Below are positions 38,147 to 46,031 of a stretch of DNA of 64,000 nt, one piece after another. The notes below the pieces were generated by a model. It saw nothing but the letters and a program-made list of their open reading frames with translations, had not been told where the DNA came from and did not search any database. Each line of letters starts with the position of its first letter. Within the stretch, counting starts at the first letter, position 1. Both the position numbers and the translations under genes were made by a program. This stretch comes from Leucobacter sp. (lineage in GTDB: Bacteria > Actinomycetota > Actinomycetes > Actinomycetales > Microbacteriaceae): assembly GCA_048516985.1 (NCBI GenBank), contig CP183188.1:179630-243629 (forward strand). Direction: 5' to 3'.

Positions 38147-39244
38147 CTATCGCGCGGTCTCGCGCGGGTAGAGCCAGTCGAGTCTCGGTTCGATCACGGG
38201 TCTGAAGACCTTCGCCACCAGGGCCGTGGAGAGCAGCACGGCGATGATCACCGCGCCGAGGATCAGGATCAGCACGCCGAGATCGCCGAGTCCGCCGATC
38301 GCCCGGCCCAGACCCGTCTCGCGCAGCACCCAGATGATCGGTGCGTGCAGCAGATAGACGTACAGCGTGCGCGTACCCCAGACGGTGACGAAGCCCCGCC
38401 TGCGAGGGATCACGATCAGCAGGGCGAGGGTCATCGCCGCCGCGATCGCGAGCAGTGCCGCTCTGATCCCGATCCCGCCGAGCGCGATCTGCCACCAGAT
38501 CTCGGGCGCCCAGCCGCCGATGTCGGCCTGCGCGAACAGCGTGACGGTATCATCGCGCCAGGTGATCCACTTCTCGATCCGCCAGAAGCTGCGCAGGCCC
38601 GGGACCGCCACCAGCACCGCGGCGATGGCGGCGAGCACCCCCCAGGCCGCCGTGCGCAGGCCGGGGCCCGGCCGAAGGAAGCGATCGCGATCGAAGCAGC
38701 CGCGCTCCTTGGCCAGCCAGGCGCCCACGAAGAAGGGGAGCAGGCAGAGGGTGCGCTGCGCGGAGAACTCGGTGCCGATCATCGGGCTCAGCCCCGCGGC
38801 GAGCGCCAGCACGATCGAGATGATCAGCGGGTGCCGGAGCCGGGCGATATACGGCAGCAGGATCCGCATCGTGGCGAGAGTGACCAGGAACCACAGCGTC
38901 CACGAGGGGATCACGAGCCAGCGCTCGGAGAGGATGCTCCCCCTGACGAAGTAGCGGATCAGCGCCCAGATCCCCTCCCACATCAGCCAGGTCGCCAGCA
39001 GCTGAATCGTGGATCGCACGAGCTTCGGCGACACCTCGGGCTTCGCGAAGAGACCCGAGAGCGCGATCAGCGCCGGCATGTGGAAGAGGTAGATGTAGAC
39101 GTAGATGCCGTAGCCGAGGGCGTTATCGCCTCGTGCCGAGACGAGGGCGTGGCCGATGACGACCAGCGCGATCAGCACGAAGCGCGCATTGTCCCACAGC
39201 GCGACGCGCGCCCCCGAGAGGGTCTGCGTCGCGGCAGCGGACAT
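38147..39244 (-). CDS. Acyltransferase family 3 membrane protein
   Basis: 365 aa, about 10 TM helices, N-terminal WDNARFVLIALVVIGH typical of the Acyl_transf_3 family. Confidence 0.75.
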   Translation of the reverse strand: MSAAATQTLSGARVALWDNARFVLIALVVIGHALVSARGDNALGYGIYVYIYLFHMPALIALSGLFAKPEVSPKLVRSTIQLLATWLMWEGIWALIRYFVRGSILSERWLVIPSWTLWFLVTLATMRILLPYIARLRHPLIISIVLALAAGLSPMIGTEFSAQRTLCLLPFFVGAWLAKERGCFDRDRFLRPGPGLRTAAWGVLAAIAAVLVAVPGLRSFWRIEKWITWRDDTVTLFAQADIGGWAPEIWWQIALGGIGIRAALLAIAAAMTLALLIVIPRRRGFVTVWGTRTLYVYLLHAPIIWVLRETGLGRAIGGLGDLGVLILILGAVIIAVLLSTALVAKVFRPVIEPRLDWLYPRETAR

Positions 39245-39282
39245 GCGTGACGGCGGGGATGAGGGTCTGGCGCACCGGCCTC

Positions 39283-40338
39283 CTAGGAGACCGGAACCGC
39301 CCGCGCGCGATCGAGATCGATGAAGGTCTCGGTATTGAAGCGATAGGCCGTGCGCACCTCATCGATCATGCGCGCCCGCTCCGCCTCGTCCAAGCTCTCG
39401 CCGAGGGCGTTGAGCCCGTCGCGGTAGGCGCCCTTGAACTCGGGGATCGATCCCAGTTCGGCGAAGTCGTAGAATTCGGCGCCGGCCCCGGCGAAGCCGT
39501 GCTGCGCGCTGACGGCCCTGGCGATCATCTGCCCGCCGGAGAGATCGCCGAGGTACCGGGTGTAGTGGTGGGCCACGATACCGGGCAGCCATTCTTCGGC
39601 GGCCACCTCGTTGATCCGGGCCACATACGCCTCGGTGGCGGGGACGGCGACGATGCGCTCGCGCCAGTCGGCGCCGTAGAGGTGCTGGAGGTCGGCCTCC
39701 AGCGCCGGCAGGCGCACGAGCGCCTCCGGGTGGAAGGCGGCGAATCGGGGATCGGCCGCGAGCGCGCGGGCCGCCTCTTCGAGGGCGAGGTAGACGAAGT
39801 AGTGCTGGGCGACGAGGGCCGAGTAGTCGGCGATGGTGCCGCGGCCGCGCATGACGTCCTCCATGAAAGTCGCGCCTTCGCTGCTGGAGTGGTCACCCCA
39901 GGTCGCCTCGCGGATCGCCTGAGAGAAGGAGCCGTCGCTCTCGGCGCTCCCGTGCGGGTGGCCTCCACCGTGGGGGTGTCCACCCGCGCCGTGGGGGTGT
40001 CCACCCGCGCCGTGGGGGTGTCCGTTCGCCGGTCGCGCCTCCTCCTCGCGCGCCGGAACGCCCAGGCGCGTGCAGGCCGTCTTGTAGAGCACGACGACCT
40101 CGCGGCGGATGTCGGCGCGCTCGGCGATGGGACCGCCGGGCCAGGGCAGGCGGAGCTCGTGCTCACCGCTGGGGTCGACGACCCGCCAGAAGCCCGACAC
40201 CTCGTCGAGGCCGGTCATGGTGCTCTCGACCGCCCCGGGGTGCCCGAAAGCACGGGCGATCAGCAGATTGTCCTCAGGATGGTCGCCGTTCATATGGCCG
40301 ATAACGGCGTCGATCACGGCAGCGTCGAATTCACTCAC
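39283..40338 (-). CDS. Fusion protein: DUF2470 domain - His/Gly repeat linker - heme oxygenase (HmuO/HO-1 type)
   Basis: 351 aa. N-terminal VIGHMNGDHPEDNLLIAR (DUF2470-like). Linker NGHPHGAGGHPHGAGGHPHGGGHPHG. The C-terminal ~210 aa has FMEDVMRG...YSALVAQHYFVYLALE...AHHYTRYLGDLSGGQ (heme oxygenase). The GTG 40338 start is uncertain because the RBS abuts it. Confidence 0.75.
   Translation of the reverse strand: MSEFDAAVIDAVIGHMNGDHPEDNLLIARAFGHPGAVESTMTGLDEVSGFWRVVDPSGEHELRLPWPGGPIAERADIRREVVVLYKTACTRLGVPAREEEARPANGHPHGAGGHPHGAGGHPHGGGHPHGSAESDGSFSQAIREATWGDHSSSEGATFMEDVMRGRGTIADYSALVAQHYFVYLALEEAARALAADPRFAAFHPEALVRLPALEADLQHLYGADWRERIVAVPATEAYVARINEVAAEEWLPGIVAHHYTRYLGDLSGGQMIARAVSAQHGFAGAGAEFYDFAELGSIPEFKGAYRDGLNALGESLDEAERARMIDEVRTAYRFNTETFIDLDRARAVPVS
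39950..40026. repeat. 21-bp tandem repeat (~3.5 copies) inside the heme oxygenase gene
   Basis: CCGTGGGGGTGTCCACCCGCG is repeated at 39968-39988 and 39989-40009, with degenerate flanking copies. It encodes the GHPHGAG units. Confidence 0.9.
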
Positions 40339-40471
40339 CTCTCCATCTTAGTAAGGCCTGAGACCACTTGTCACACATCATCAGATGAAGTCCGGCGGGG
40401 CTCACGGTCATCTTCCGAGCTCAGGCGATAGACTCCATCTGTTCTGTGTCTCTTCCGGGATTGGCGGTTTT

Positions 40472-41767
40472 GTGGTTACTGGGTTCGGTCGGCGCACTCG
40501 CGCAGCCGCAGTGTCCCTGCTCGCGGTCGCAGTCCTCGGCCTCACCGCGTGCAGCGGCTCGGGTCCCGTCGTCGGCGACGCCTCGGTGAACACCGTCGAC
40601 GGCGCCCTCGCGGGAAGCGTCGACGAAGCGGTGACCGCCGCCATGCAGTACAGCGGATCGAGTTCCGCCATCGTCGGAGTCTGGACCGGGCAGGGAGACT
40701 ACGTCACCGCCTACGGCGAGGGGGTCAGCGCCGGCTCGCAGATCCGCGGGGCCCAGGCGACGCAGCCCGTGATCTGCGCCCTGCTGCTCGATCTCGCCGC
40801 AGACGGCACGATCCCCCTCGACCGGGAAGTCTCCGAGGACCTGCCGCGCCAGGTCGGCATCGCCGGCGTCACCTACGGACAGCTCTGCACCGCCCAGTCC
40901 GGGCTCGCCGATTTCAAGACCGGGCTGGTGGATATCTTCGCCAACAACCCCGTCCGACCTTGGAGCGATCGCGAGCTGCTCGCCCAGGGCCTCGCCAGGT
41001 CGCCGCTGTCGTGGCCGGGACTCGACGTGCACATCAGCGACACCAATGCGCTGCTGCTGGCGAGGGCCCTGCGGGTCGCCACGGGTACCTCCGTGACGGA
41101 GCTCCTGCAGAGCCGCGTGTTCGCTCCGACCGGGATGTCCTCCAGCTTCTACCCGAGCGACACGCTCACCCAGACGACACTGCCCGCCGGCAGCCTGACC
41201 GGGGCGACCTACCCTTCCTCGGGTGGCGCGCCGGTGTGCGAGGCTGGTCCGGTCGACGTCGCACAGGTCTCCCCCTCCATGCTCGGCGGAGCGGGAGCCA
41301 CCGTGACCACCGTGACGGATCTGAAGAATTTCTACGCGGGCTATCTCGGCGGCGCCTTCGGCGAGGATCTCGCCGGCGTCGTCACCGAGACCTCCCCCAC
41401 CGCCAATCCGGAGCGCGACGAGACCGGCGCACCGATCCCGGTCGAAGGCGAACCCGATCCGAATGCGCGCCAGTGGGGCTTCGGCCTCGAGCGCCTCGGA
41501 TCGCTGTACGGGATGAGCGGATCCATCACCGGCACGCTCACCTCCGCATACCATGACCCCGAGACCGGCTTCACCGTCATCGTGACGCTGAACAACTCGA
41601 GCGCGGGAGCGAACTTCGCACGCGTCCTCGCCCTGCAGATCGCGGCGATCGCGGCGGAGACCGGCAGCGGCCCCGCCGTCGGGTGGACGGCCGCAGACCA
41701 GGGCGCGGCACTGGCCGGTCTGGCGATCTGCCAGCCCGCGCCCGAGGAGGAGGCGCCCGTCGAGTAG
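40472..41767 (+). CDS. Beta-lactamase-fold (serine hydrolase-like) lipoprotein lacking the SxxK motif
   Basis: ORF 40385..41767; start taken at GTG 40472 (uncertain). Lipobox GLTACSG. Family-like segments ISDTNALLLARAL and SGSITGT. No S-x-x-K anywhere in the protein. Confidence 0.6.
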   Translation: MVTGFGRRTRAAAVSLLAVAVLGLTACSGSGPVVGDASVNTVDGALAGSVDEAVTAAMQYSGSSSAIVGVWTGQGDYVTAYGEGVSAGSQIRGAQATQPVICALLLDLAADGTIPLDREVSEDLPRQVGIAGVTYGQLCTAQSGLADFKTGLVDIFANNPVRPWSDRELLAQGLARSPLSWPGLDVHISDTNALLLARALRVATGTSVTELLQSRVFAPTGMSSSFYPSDTLTQTTLPAGSLTGATYPSSGGAPVCEAGPVDVAQVSPSMLGGAGATVTTVTDLKNFYAGYLGGAFGEDLAGVVTETSPTANPERDETGAPIPVEGEPDPNARQWGFGLERLGSLYGMSGSITGTLTSAYHDPETGFTVIVTLNNSSAGANFARVLALQIAAIAAETGSGPAVGWTAADQGAALAGLAICQPAPEEEAPVE

Positions 41768-41830
41768 TCGCGGGCCTCCGGCCCTGACGCGCTCTGCTAG
41801 TGTGGACGGGTTGAGATCGCTCAGCCCTTC

Positions 41831-41904
41831 GGGGCCGTCGTCTAATGGTAAGACATCAGCTTCCCAAGCTGAGAACGCGGGTTCGATTCCCGTCGGCCCC
41901 TCCA
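41831..41904 (+). tRNA. tRNA-Gly (anticodon CCC)
   Basis: GGGGCCG-TC-GTCT-AATGGTA-AGAC-A-TCAGC-TTCCCAA-GCTGA-GAAC-GCGGG-TTCGATT-CCCGT-CGGCCCC-T-CCA folds as a cloverleaf, 74 nt with an encoded CCA. Confidence 0.9.
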
Positions 41905-41906
41905 CT
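41860..41906 (+). repeat. attL copy of the 47-bp direct repeat
   Basis: CTTCCCAAGCTGAGAACGCGGGTTCGATTCCCGTCGGCCCCTCCACT. Confidence 0.9.
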
Positions 41907-42849
41907 TTTTCCCTGGTCAGAGCATGAAATGACACGTGCGACTCTCGTCATCACGACTGGGAGCAGCGCGAATGTGCAACGCATGGGCAACCGCGTGCAA
42001 CGGACTGCTGCTTCCGAGATGATTCGGGAGTCAGCCGATGTCACTTTCCAAATCCAGAAAACTCGCAAACGGCAGCGGGAGCGTTGAAAAGCATCTCGAC
42101 GGATACCGCATCTATTGGACTGCGCCCGAGGGGCGACGGTCCAAGGTGCTGCGACACACATCACGCACTGAGGCCACTCGTGTCTTGAACGACATCCTCG
42201 CTGACATTCGGCGAGGCGACTATCGGGATGAGCGAGCGGGGAATGTCCTCTTCAGCGACTTTCTCGGGGACTACCTCAAGGTGCGTGAGCACGAAGTTCG
42301 AGAGGGGGTGTATCGCAATTGGCGCACCTACCACCGCAAGCACTTAATCCCGGCCTTCGGTGGCATGAGGATGCGTGACATCACTCCCAGGCACATCGCG
42401 CTCTGGTGGGCCGAGAACGCAGATCACCCAGTGAATCGGAAGAACATCTACCGGCATCTGAAGACGATCTTCTCCCTCGCCATCGAATGGGGCGTGCTCG
42501 AAACCTCCCCCTGCCGCATCAAATCTCTCGGCAAAGACGCGCAGCGCCCGGACTGGACGGTACAGGACTTCGACGAGGTGCTGGGGCACGTGGATCCGTT
42601 CTATCGCGCACCCCTCGAAGTCATGTTCGCCGGTCATCTGAGGTTGGGCGAGCTAATCGCTCTCAACGGCTCCGACTATCGACCTGACGGGATGCTCACC
42701 ATCACGAAGCAACTGACTGACATGGGACTCACGACCGAGACGAAGACCGGTCAGAGAAAGACAGTGAAGCTGCTCCAACGTGGAGTCGACGCGCTCTCCG
42801 AGCGACCCCGCGTCATTGGAGCGTCTCCGCTCTTTGAATCGCCCCGGGT

Positions 42850-43794
42850 TTAGTGGAGGGCGAGTTCTCCCAACGCCGGCTGGTGCTGGGAGTTGTTCTC
42901 ACAGTAGTACTCATTCTCCTTCTCGACCGGTGTGAGGTAGTCGATCGATGAGTGCAGCCGGTTTTCGTTAAACCAGTGCACCCAGGACAGCGTCGCGAGT
43001 TCGAGTTCGTCGGCGGTGCGGAACGGGCCGTCGATCTTCACGCACTCGGTCTTGTAGAGCCCCACGACTGTCTCAGCCAGGGCGTTGTCGAAACTGTCAC
43101 CGACAGTCCCGATCGACGCGATCGCGCCGACATCCGCGAGTCGTTCCGCGTAGCGAATCGCAGTGTATTGAGCTCCGGCATCCGAATGTTGAATCACACC
43201 GGCTACGCCCTGCCCTGCCCGCTCACGAATCCAGAGCGCCATCTCGAGCGCGTCCAATGGCAGGTCAGTGGGCATCCGGTCCATCGTTCGCCATCCCACG
43301 ATCCGGCGCGAGAACACGTCGGTGACGAACGCGGTGAACGCCATCCCCGACCACGTCGGCACATAGGTGAAGTCGACGACCCAGAGCTCGTTGGGCCGGT
43401 CAGCGTGGAAGCAGCGTTGCACGTGATCCGGCGGCCGGAACGATGCCCCGTCGGGCCTGGTAGTGACGAACTGCTTGCCGCGGCGGATCCCACGCAGCCC
43501 CTGCCGCCGCATGAGCCGTTCGACCGTGCACCGGGCGACCATGATGCCCTCGCGGCGCAGCAGCCGCCAGACCTTGCGGGCGCCGCTGATGCCACGGCCG
43601 AGCTTGCGGTCCCAGAACACCCGCTCGATCTCGACGATCAACTCCGCGTCCCGCATACTCCTCGCAGAAGGGGCACGATCCTTGAACGCGTAGTACCCGG
43701 ACGGGGCGATCTTGACGGCATGCTCTGTGAGCACCCGGCAGATCGGCTCGACCCCGAACCGGTCACGATGATCGTCGATGAACTGAACTACCAC
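42850..43794 (-). CDS. IS3 transposase OrfB (DDE/rve integrase core)
   Basis: 314 aa with ELWVVDFTYV, IQHSDAGAQYT and NALAETVVGLYKTE (D,D,E). It overlaps the orfA end in the -1 frame and is probably expressed as an OrfAB frameshift product. I did not identify a slippery site. Confidence 0.85.
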   Translation of the reverse strand: MVVQFIDDHRDRFGVEPICRVLTEHAVKIAPSGYYAFKDRAPSARSMRDAELIVEIERVFWDRKLGRGISGARKVWRLLRREGIMVARCTVERLMRRQGLRGIRRGKQFVTTRPDGASFRPPDHVQRCFHADRPNELWVVDFTYVPTWSGMAFTAFVTDVFSRRIVGWRTMDRMPTDLPLDALEMALWIRERAGQGVAGVIQHSDAGAQYTAIRYAERLADVGAIASIGTVGDSFDNALAETVVGLYKTECVKIDGPFRTADELELATLSWVHWFNENRLHSSIDYLTPVEKENEYYCENNSQHQPALGELALH

Positions 43795-44123
43795 GGCAGT
43801 CGCGGGTCGAGCTCCCGCGCGAAGAACGAGGACGCCGCCAAGAGAATCTCGTTCGCGCGTTTCAACTCACGCACTTCAGCCTCGAGTTCCTTGACTCGTT
43901 TTGCTTCTGATGTCGTTGTGCCCGGCCGCTCGCCCGCATCGATCAGGGACTGCTTGCACCAGCCGCGCAGCGTGTCAGGGTTCACCCCGACACGCTGCCC
44001 GACCCGGACCACCGCCGCGTTCTGCGACAACTCCGGATCTTCTTTCCTGGCCTCGACGACGAGCCGCATCGCGCGCTCTCGCAACTCCGGCGGATACTTT
44101 CTCTGTGCTGGCATGATCATCAT
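43788..44123 (-). CDS. IS3 transposase OrfA (HTH)
   Basis: 111 aa, MPAQRKYPPELRERAMRLV...VNPDTLRGW...ELEAEVRELKRANEILLAASSFFA. Confidence 0.85.
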   Translation of the reverse strand: MMIMPAQRKYPPELRERAMRLVVEARKEDPELSQNAAVVRVGQRVGVNPDTLRGWCKQSLIDAGERPGTTTSEAKRVKELEAEVRELKRANEILLAASSFFARELDPRLPW

Positions 44124-44498
44124 CCTCTCGGGATTTCAGACCCTCCACCAAACCCGGGGCGATTCACTTCGCGGGTGAACGCGCTGCGCGAATGCCGCGA
44201 AACTCGCTCAGGCGCGCATGGAGCAAGGCCGTAGAGGCCTCAGGGCGCGACGATTTCCATCTGCATGACCTGAGACACATCTCCCTCTCTCTTGTAGCGG
44301 AGGTGAGCCACCCCAAGATCGTGCAGGAGCGCGCTGGCCACGCTTCGGCAACCTCGACCCTTCGCTACATTCACTCCGATGTGAGGCAGCACCTGGAGGC
44401 AGTTGAGCGAGTTGATGCGCTCATCACAGCAATCAGCCCACAACGTATCGCATAACGTCATCAGCAGGGCCTGCTGAACTCTGTGTAATGATGTCACT

Positions 44499-45491
44499 AT
44501 GAGTCAGCCACCAGTAGACGATCCCAACCAGCCACAAGGCGGGGAACCGGCGCAGCAGCAACCCGGCCAACCGGCCCAACAACAGGGGCAACCGCAAGCC
44601 GGCCAACCGTCCCAGCCGCAGCCGGCATACGGCCAGCCGGCCCAGTATCAACAGCAACCGCAGCAGGCCTACGGTCAACCGGCCCAGTATCAGCAGCCGC
44701 CGGCCTACGGCCAGCCACCCACGGGACCGGGCCAGCCGCAGCCACCATACGGCCAACAACCGGGGCAGCCGGCGGGCTCCTCGCCGAAGAAGGGCCTCGC
44801 AATTGCGGCTCTCATCGTTGGCATCGCGGCCCTGATCGCGTCATGGGCGCCGTTTGCTGGTGTGGTGTTAGCCGTGATCGGCGTGATCCTCGGCATTCTC
44901 GCCATGGTCAAGAAGCAGCCAAAGGGACTCGGCCTGACCGGCCTCATTCTCTCTGCTGTTGCCTTTGTGATCGGACTCATCGTGACCATCATGTTTGTGG
45001 TGGCGATCGTGACGATTGGCACCGCGGTCAGCGAACTCGAGATCACCGACCCTGAGATTGTCGAACCGTTCGAACCAGAAACCGATGATCCTGCTGAGAC
45101 GGACGAGGATCCAGCGGCGACGTTCCGTGAGGTCTCGGAAAGCGAACTCGCCGCGATTTTCGCTGACTCTGATGCATACATCGGCGAGATGTTGACGATC
45201 TACGGCGAAGTTGATTCGTTTGTCGCTTTCGAATCGGGTGGCGGTGAGTTTTGCGGCATGAACATCAACGCGGGAGCAACCCCACAGGCTAACCCGAGTG
45301 CGTACGAGCTTTACGCGATTGGATACTCAGGCGACTGGAATACTGACTGCCCAATCTTTGAGCCCCTGTACGAGGGCGACAACGTGAAGTTCTCGGTGGT
45401 TCTGCTCGGTGAAGAGCACTACACGAATTCCGATGGATCGACCGGTCACGCACCTCAGCTTGAAGTATTCGCCGCAGAACTGATCAACTAG
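44499..45491 (+). CDS. Pro/Gln-rich membrane protein (DUF4190-like TM pair plus C-terminal extracytoplasmic domain)
   Basis: 330 aa. About 95 N-terminal residues are QPGQPAQQQ / YGQPAQYQQ repeats, followed by two TM helices, an acidic linker, and a globular ~130-aa domain. Confidence 0.7.
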   Translation: MSQPPVDDPNQPQGGEPAQQQPGQPAQQQGQPQAGQPSQPQPAYGQPAQYQQQPQQAYGQPAQYQQPPAYGQPPTGPGQPQPPYGQQPGQPAGSSPKKGLAIAALIVGIAALIASWAPFAGVVLAVIGVILGILAMVKKQPKGLGLTGLILSAVAFVIGLIVTIMFVVAIVTIGTAVSELEITDPEIVEPFEPETDDPAETDEDPAATFREVSESELAAIFADSDAYIGEMLTIYGEVDSFVAFESGGGEFCGMNINAGATPQANPSAYELYAIGYSGDWNTDCPIFEPLYEGDNVKFSVVLLGEEHYTNSDGSTGHAPQLEVFAAELIN

Positions 45492-45577
45492 CGCGCATCT
45501 GGCCCACCCGTGCGGCTGTACGACCGCACGCCCGCATGTCCGCACGCCCGCAAGCCATTGTGTAGGCGAGACCGTAA

Positions 45578-45615
45578 ACGCAATGAGCCCCGGCATCGTC
45601 CGGGGCTCATTGCGT
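45578..45615 (+). terminator. Hairpin after the island cargo gene
   Basis: ACGCAATGAGCCCCGG-catcgt-CCGGGGCTCATTGCGT, a perfect 16-bp stem. Confidence 0.6.
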
Positions 45616-45666
45616 GAGCGATGAAACTCAGGGCTATGTTGCAGAACGTGGGGATAGAAACTCGAT

Positions 45667-45713
45667 CTTCCCAAGCTGAGAACGCGGGTTCGATTCCCGT
45701 CGGCCCCTCCACT
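45667..45713 (+). repeat. attR copy of the 47-bp direct repeat (tRNA-Gly 3' fragment only)
   Basis: Identical to 41860-41906. There is no matching 5' acceptor or D-arm upstream. Confidence 0.9.
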
Positions 45714-45714
45714 C

Positions 45715-45745
45715 GAAGCCCCGCGGCAGCGGGGCTTCACTTTTT
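45715..45745 (+). terminator. Rho-independent-type terminator immediately after attR
   Basis: GAAGCCCCGC-ggca-GCGGGGCTTC followed by acTTTTT. Confidence 0.65.
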
Positions 45746-45995
45746 CCAGCCGCCGGGAACCTCGGAACCGGAACCAGGCCGCAAAACTGGGCCGGAGACC
45801 GCGGCTTCCGGCGGCTTGCCGCGCACCGATCCGACTTCGTGCACCTCAATGAGATGAGAAGAAGGTGCGCGCCGAAGCCGGATCGGTGCGTGTGCGCGTG
45901 TGGGCGGAAGCCCGCAGAAGTGGAGCGGGCGCTCGGGTCGAGGCCGCCGCCCCGGAGCGTGCGGCGGTTGCGCTTTCGGCCCGCACCGCTAAGAT

Positions 45996-46007
45996 CATAT
46001 TGATCAT
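45996..46007 (+). promoter_or_regulatory. CATATTGATCAT motif, copy 1 (candidate GntR-1 operator)
   Basis: 24 nt upstream of the flavin reductase ATG. The same 12-mer occurs at 48552-48563. Confidence 0.4.
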
Positions 46008-46031
46008 AGTCAATCAGAGAGGATTGGATCC

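Larger units (their letters stand above)
42835..44166 (-). mobile_element. IS3-family insertion sequence (1332 bp)
   Basis: Terminal inverted repeats TGAATCGCCCCGGGTTT(A/G)GTGGAGGG (25/26 match, TG...CA ends). 3-bp target duplication CTT (42832-42834 and 44167-44169). orfA and orfB sit in a -1 frame relationship. Confidence 0.9.
42038..44455 (+). pseudogene. Tyrosine recombinase (phage-type integrase) interrupted by an IS3-family insertion
   Basis: The N-terminal part 42038..42834 and C-terminal part 44170..44455 join in frame once the IS and one CTT copy are removed, giving 360 aa. Catalytic HDLRH and LRYIH (Tyr) lie in the distal fragment. Confidence 0.85.
41860..45713 (+). mobile_element. 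Degenerate integrative island at the tRNA-Gly 3' end (attL 41860-41906, attR 45667-45713)
   Basis: A 47-bp perfect direct repeat covering the 3' part of the tRNA, an adjacent tyrosine integrase, and visibly lower GC than the flanks. Confidence 0.8.

Noticed and set aside
40339-40380. IdeR/DtxR iron box upstream of the heme oxygenase gene (TTAGTAAGGCCTGAGACCA)
   Set aside because: Only about 9 of 19 positions match the TTAGGTTAGGCTAACCTAA consensus by eye, which is not enough to call.
41845-42087. 80-aa ORF overlapping the tRNA, the minus-strand ORFs 41856..42164 and 45327..45740, and a possible excisionase gene
   Set aside because: They overlap tRNA or att sequence and have no RBS or family features. 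No Xis-like small HTH ORF was found next to the integrase.
43788-43830. Programmed -1 frameshift heptamer of the IS3 element
   Set aside because: The frame relationship supports a -1 frameshift, but I could not identify a canonical slippery sequence, so no site is annotated.
45640-45713. Second tRNA-Gly gene
   Set aside because: Only the 3' 45 nt of the tRNA are present. The upstream sequence cannot form the acceptor 5' strand or the D-arm, so this is an att repeat and not a gene.
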